A stretch of DNA of 63,864 nt, the filler included, from Rozella allomycis CSF55 (taxonomy: Eukaryota), in NCBI GenBank assembly GCA_000442015.1. It is 12 parts of 11 records of this genome, joined end to end, with 100 filler letters (N's around TTAATTAATTAA, not from the genome) between each part and the next. Parts side by side here need not be neighbours in the genome. Positions count along the whole stretch, not along the records: positions 58,616 to 63,864 come from KE561179.1; 11 more parts are not named here. One strand, 5' to 3'. Every line of letters begins with the position of its first letter. Position 1 is the first letter of the stretch. The position numbers were made by a program, and so were the translations under genes. Under the pieces are notes generated by a model, which was not told where the DNA came from, ran no database searches, and saw only the letters and a list, made by a program, of their open reading frames with translations. Positions 61,428 through 63,864 of this stretch are shown piece after piece.

Positions 61428-61514
61428 TATTAACATTAAAACTACTTTATTAACATTAAAACTACTTTATTAACATTAAAGTAGACTACTTTGTTAACAT
61501 TAAAACTACTTTAT
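61428..61514. repeat. Minisatellite, about 4 copies of 20-bp TATTAACATTAAAACTACTT
   Basis: Direct tandem repeats between convergent genes. Confidence 0.85.
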
Positions 61515-61533
61515 TTGAATCTTCAGTTAATCC

Positions 61534-62391
61534 TTAATGCTGCAGCAATCTAGCCTTCATAGACAAAATACTCTTAATATCAGGCACATAATCACCAATC
61601 CCCATAGCATTCCTTCTCCGCCTCCTAAACGCCGCATTATCTTTCGACGGATCACTCAACGCTATCAATCTATGTACATCACTCTCACTCGCACACCTCT
61701 TCACGCCAATCCCCTCATCATCCTCTGCATTTCCACTAAACCTCACACTCTTCTCTCCGCTCTTATCATTCTGCTTATTGATGCTCTTGACATAATACTC
61801 CTTGTGATACGGGCTGCACATGTTCTTCATCTTTGTGTTGATGGCCTTTTTGGCGTTTAGCGCGCCGTGGAACCGTCTGCGGCGGGTATTGCTGGTGCTG
61901 CCTAGGGTTGTGTACGATAGCTGGTGCTCGAGGGCTTCCATGCTTTCCACGGGTGTTGTGCGAGGGGTGGTTATTGGGTCAATCTTTTTGCCGTTCAGGT
62001 GGATGGCTGTTGGATGTCTCAATTTGTCATGTCCCACATTAACGTTTTCATTGTTGTCTGCATCCATACTTGAATTGCCATTCATTTTCATATTTGTGTT
62101 TGTATTTCTTAAGTTTATATTTGATGATTCACTGGCATTGATATTTGTTTCACGCGGCTCAGATTGTTCTATTTTGCTAATTTGCTCATTCAGCTTTAAT
62201 CGCCGAGTCTCNGTGTTTGTATATTTCGATTTTATGTTTGCTGATTCACTGGCATCGATATTTCCCATAGTTTCACGCGGCTCGGATTGTTCTATTTTGC
62301 TAATTTGCTCATTCAGCTTTAATCGCCGAGTCTCGTTGATTAGATTCGTTAGGTCAGAGGAAAATATCGGGAATTCTAGAGGCGCGTCCAT
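61534..62391 (-). CDS. Hypothetical disordered protein
   Basis: Long ORF; KSVRF (RVxF-like) and RRRRRNAM motifs. Confidence 0.55.
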   Translation of the reverse strand: MDAPLEFPIFSSDLTNLINETRRLKLNEQISKIEQSEPRETMGNIDASESANIKSKYTNXETRRLKLNEQISKIEQSEPRETNINASESSNINLRNTNTNMKMNGNSSMDADNNENVNVGHDKLRHPTAIHLNGKKIDPITTPRTTPVESMEALEHQLSYTTLGSTSNTRRRRFHGALNAKKAINTKMKNMCSPYHKEYYVKSINKQNDKSGEKSVRFSGNAEDDEGIGVKRCASESDVHRLIALSDPSKDNAAFRRRRRNAMGIGDYVPDIKSILSMKARLLQH

Positions 62392-62591
62392 GCCTAGTGA
62401 CAATGCATAGGAGAAATTTCATTAAAGGAATGACTGAAATTTCTAAAGCTAAAATACTTTTTCTATATGATAAATTGATAATATTTTTGGATTTATTTAA
62501 AACCATTTCTTTTGTCCTTAAATTGTGGCTTGCTTAATATTACTTCTTCATTTACAAAGGACAGAAGAGATTGTATAGAATTCAAATTTCA

Positions 62592-63537
62592 TTAATCTTT
62601 TTTATTAGTCTCTAAACTTTTCTTTCTTTCTTTGGCCTTAATCTCAAGGTACCGGTAGAATTGCTCGTTTGAATCGCTTATCGAATATCTTAGCTCTTTC
62701 AGAGATTTCAGCAGCCTTGTTCCTCGAGCCTCTGCATCGTCCAATATTTTCATCTTTTCATTAACAATTTTTTGCTGTTCATTAATACGGGATTCTCGAG
62801 CACTGGTTACAGGAAAATACCATACCGCAAATACNTTCGTCAACAATTTTTTGCTGTTCATTAATACGGGATTCTCGGGCACTGGTTACAGGGAAATACC
62901 ATACCGCAAATACAATTGCAGCTACAAAAATGGATACAAGACCAAATATGGCATACTTTTTTCTGCGAGAAACACCCTTGCGTTCAATTACTACGAGATC
63001 TTTCAATGCGCAGAATGTGATGATTCCGCTGATGGAAACAATCTGTATAACAAATATGTACGACCAAACATAAGGCTCTGTTTGGTCAATATGGAAATCC
63101 AGGTATGGCGCTGCTGCATCGTGAATTGATCTAATTGACGCTTCAACACCTCTCTTGTCGACAAGAATATACGATGCGCGTTCAAGAATATCAAATGACT
63201 GTCCTTTGTCATGCTTTGGAACCGTTAGAAAATCTTCACTGTCAATGTTAAATTTCCATACAGTCAGAATCTCTGCTCTGTCAGGTTTGTTGATGTTAAT
63301 GTAGCTTTGAAACTGACTGAAGGTCACTTTGTCAACTGGTTTCGGTAGATAATTCAATGTATGCAACTTGAAGTTATTGTTGGTATCGATAAGTTCATTG
63401 AAGCTATTGATAAAGCTTTCAAAGAGTATCTCGCTGTTTTCAACGATGCGGTATTGTATTTTTGAGGCCTTGCTTCTTACATCAGCTGTGAGGCTACAGT
63501 AGACTGATGCTATGAAAATGAGAAAAACTATTTTCAT
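62592..63537 (-). CDS. Signal-peptide, two-TM orphan protein
   Basis: MKIVFLIFIASVYCS; two hydrophobic segments; AGCCAC 3 nt upstream of ATG. Confidence 0.7.
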
Positions 63538-63864
63538 CTAGTGGCTGAGAGAACAGGAGATTTACGCGATAGTATAACCACTTTTANNNNNNNNNNNNNN
63601 NNNNNNNNNNNNNNNNNNNNNNNNNNNNNNNNNNNNNNNNNNNNNNNNNNNNNNNNNNNNNNNNNNNNNNNNNNNNNNNNNNNNNNNNNNNNNNNNNNNN
63701 NNNNNNNNNNNNNNNNNNNNNNNNNNNNNNNNNNNNNNNNNNNNNNNNNNNNNNNNNNNNAAAAGACGTATTTTATTTAATCCATTTGAATTTGCAATTT
63801 TATATCGGCTACAGTCCAATTTTCCTCCACGATTGCAATTCTTGTGTTTGTTTACAAAATCGGT

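Noticed and set aside
61428-61514. 20-bp minisatellite as a regulatory array
   Set aside because: AT-rich slippage repeat in a convergent 3-prime region with no evidence of function.

Overview
AT-rich, gene-dense eukaryotic DNA, not prokaryotic. It is several contigs joined by artificial N-TTAATTAATTAA-N spacers, with many single-N junctions flanked by near-identical duplicated haplotype copies. Conserved genes include KIN17, PCCA, RAD16, an NDR/Cbk1 kinase, ISA1, MiaB/CDK5RAP1, glycogen phosphorylase, RPB10, eIF6, two G-alpha subunits, PARN, DNAAF3, CDK11, HisRS, TEX9 and Mlp1/Tpr. Most are split by uniformly tiny (about 26-32 nt) GT-AG introns, so the ORF track is fragmented. Flagellar genes, fungal-type proteins, tiny introns and effector-like families (F-box+ankyrin, LRR, CR/Crinkler-type NTPase, secreted orphans) suggest a zoosporic early-diverging fungal parasite such as a cryptomycete like Rozella (inference). 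LINE, copia and Crypton-like remnants are also present. The most notable signal is in splicing. The only long introns I could resolve are head-to-tail arrays of about 27-nt GT-AG units: three units in glycogen phosphorylase and two in a hidden homeobox gene. A 2-nt microexon is also needed to build the HRD catalytic loop of the NDR kinase. Together these suggest a length-measuring spliceosome that splices recursively. Other highlights are an AGCCAC/ACCCT motif just upstream of start codons, a divergent TALE homeodomain, a metallothionein-like tail-anchored protein, a tandem 7TM family and a candidate structured ncRNA.
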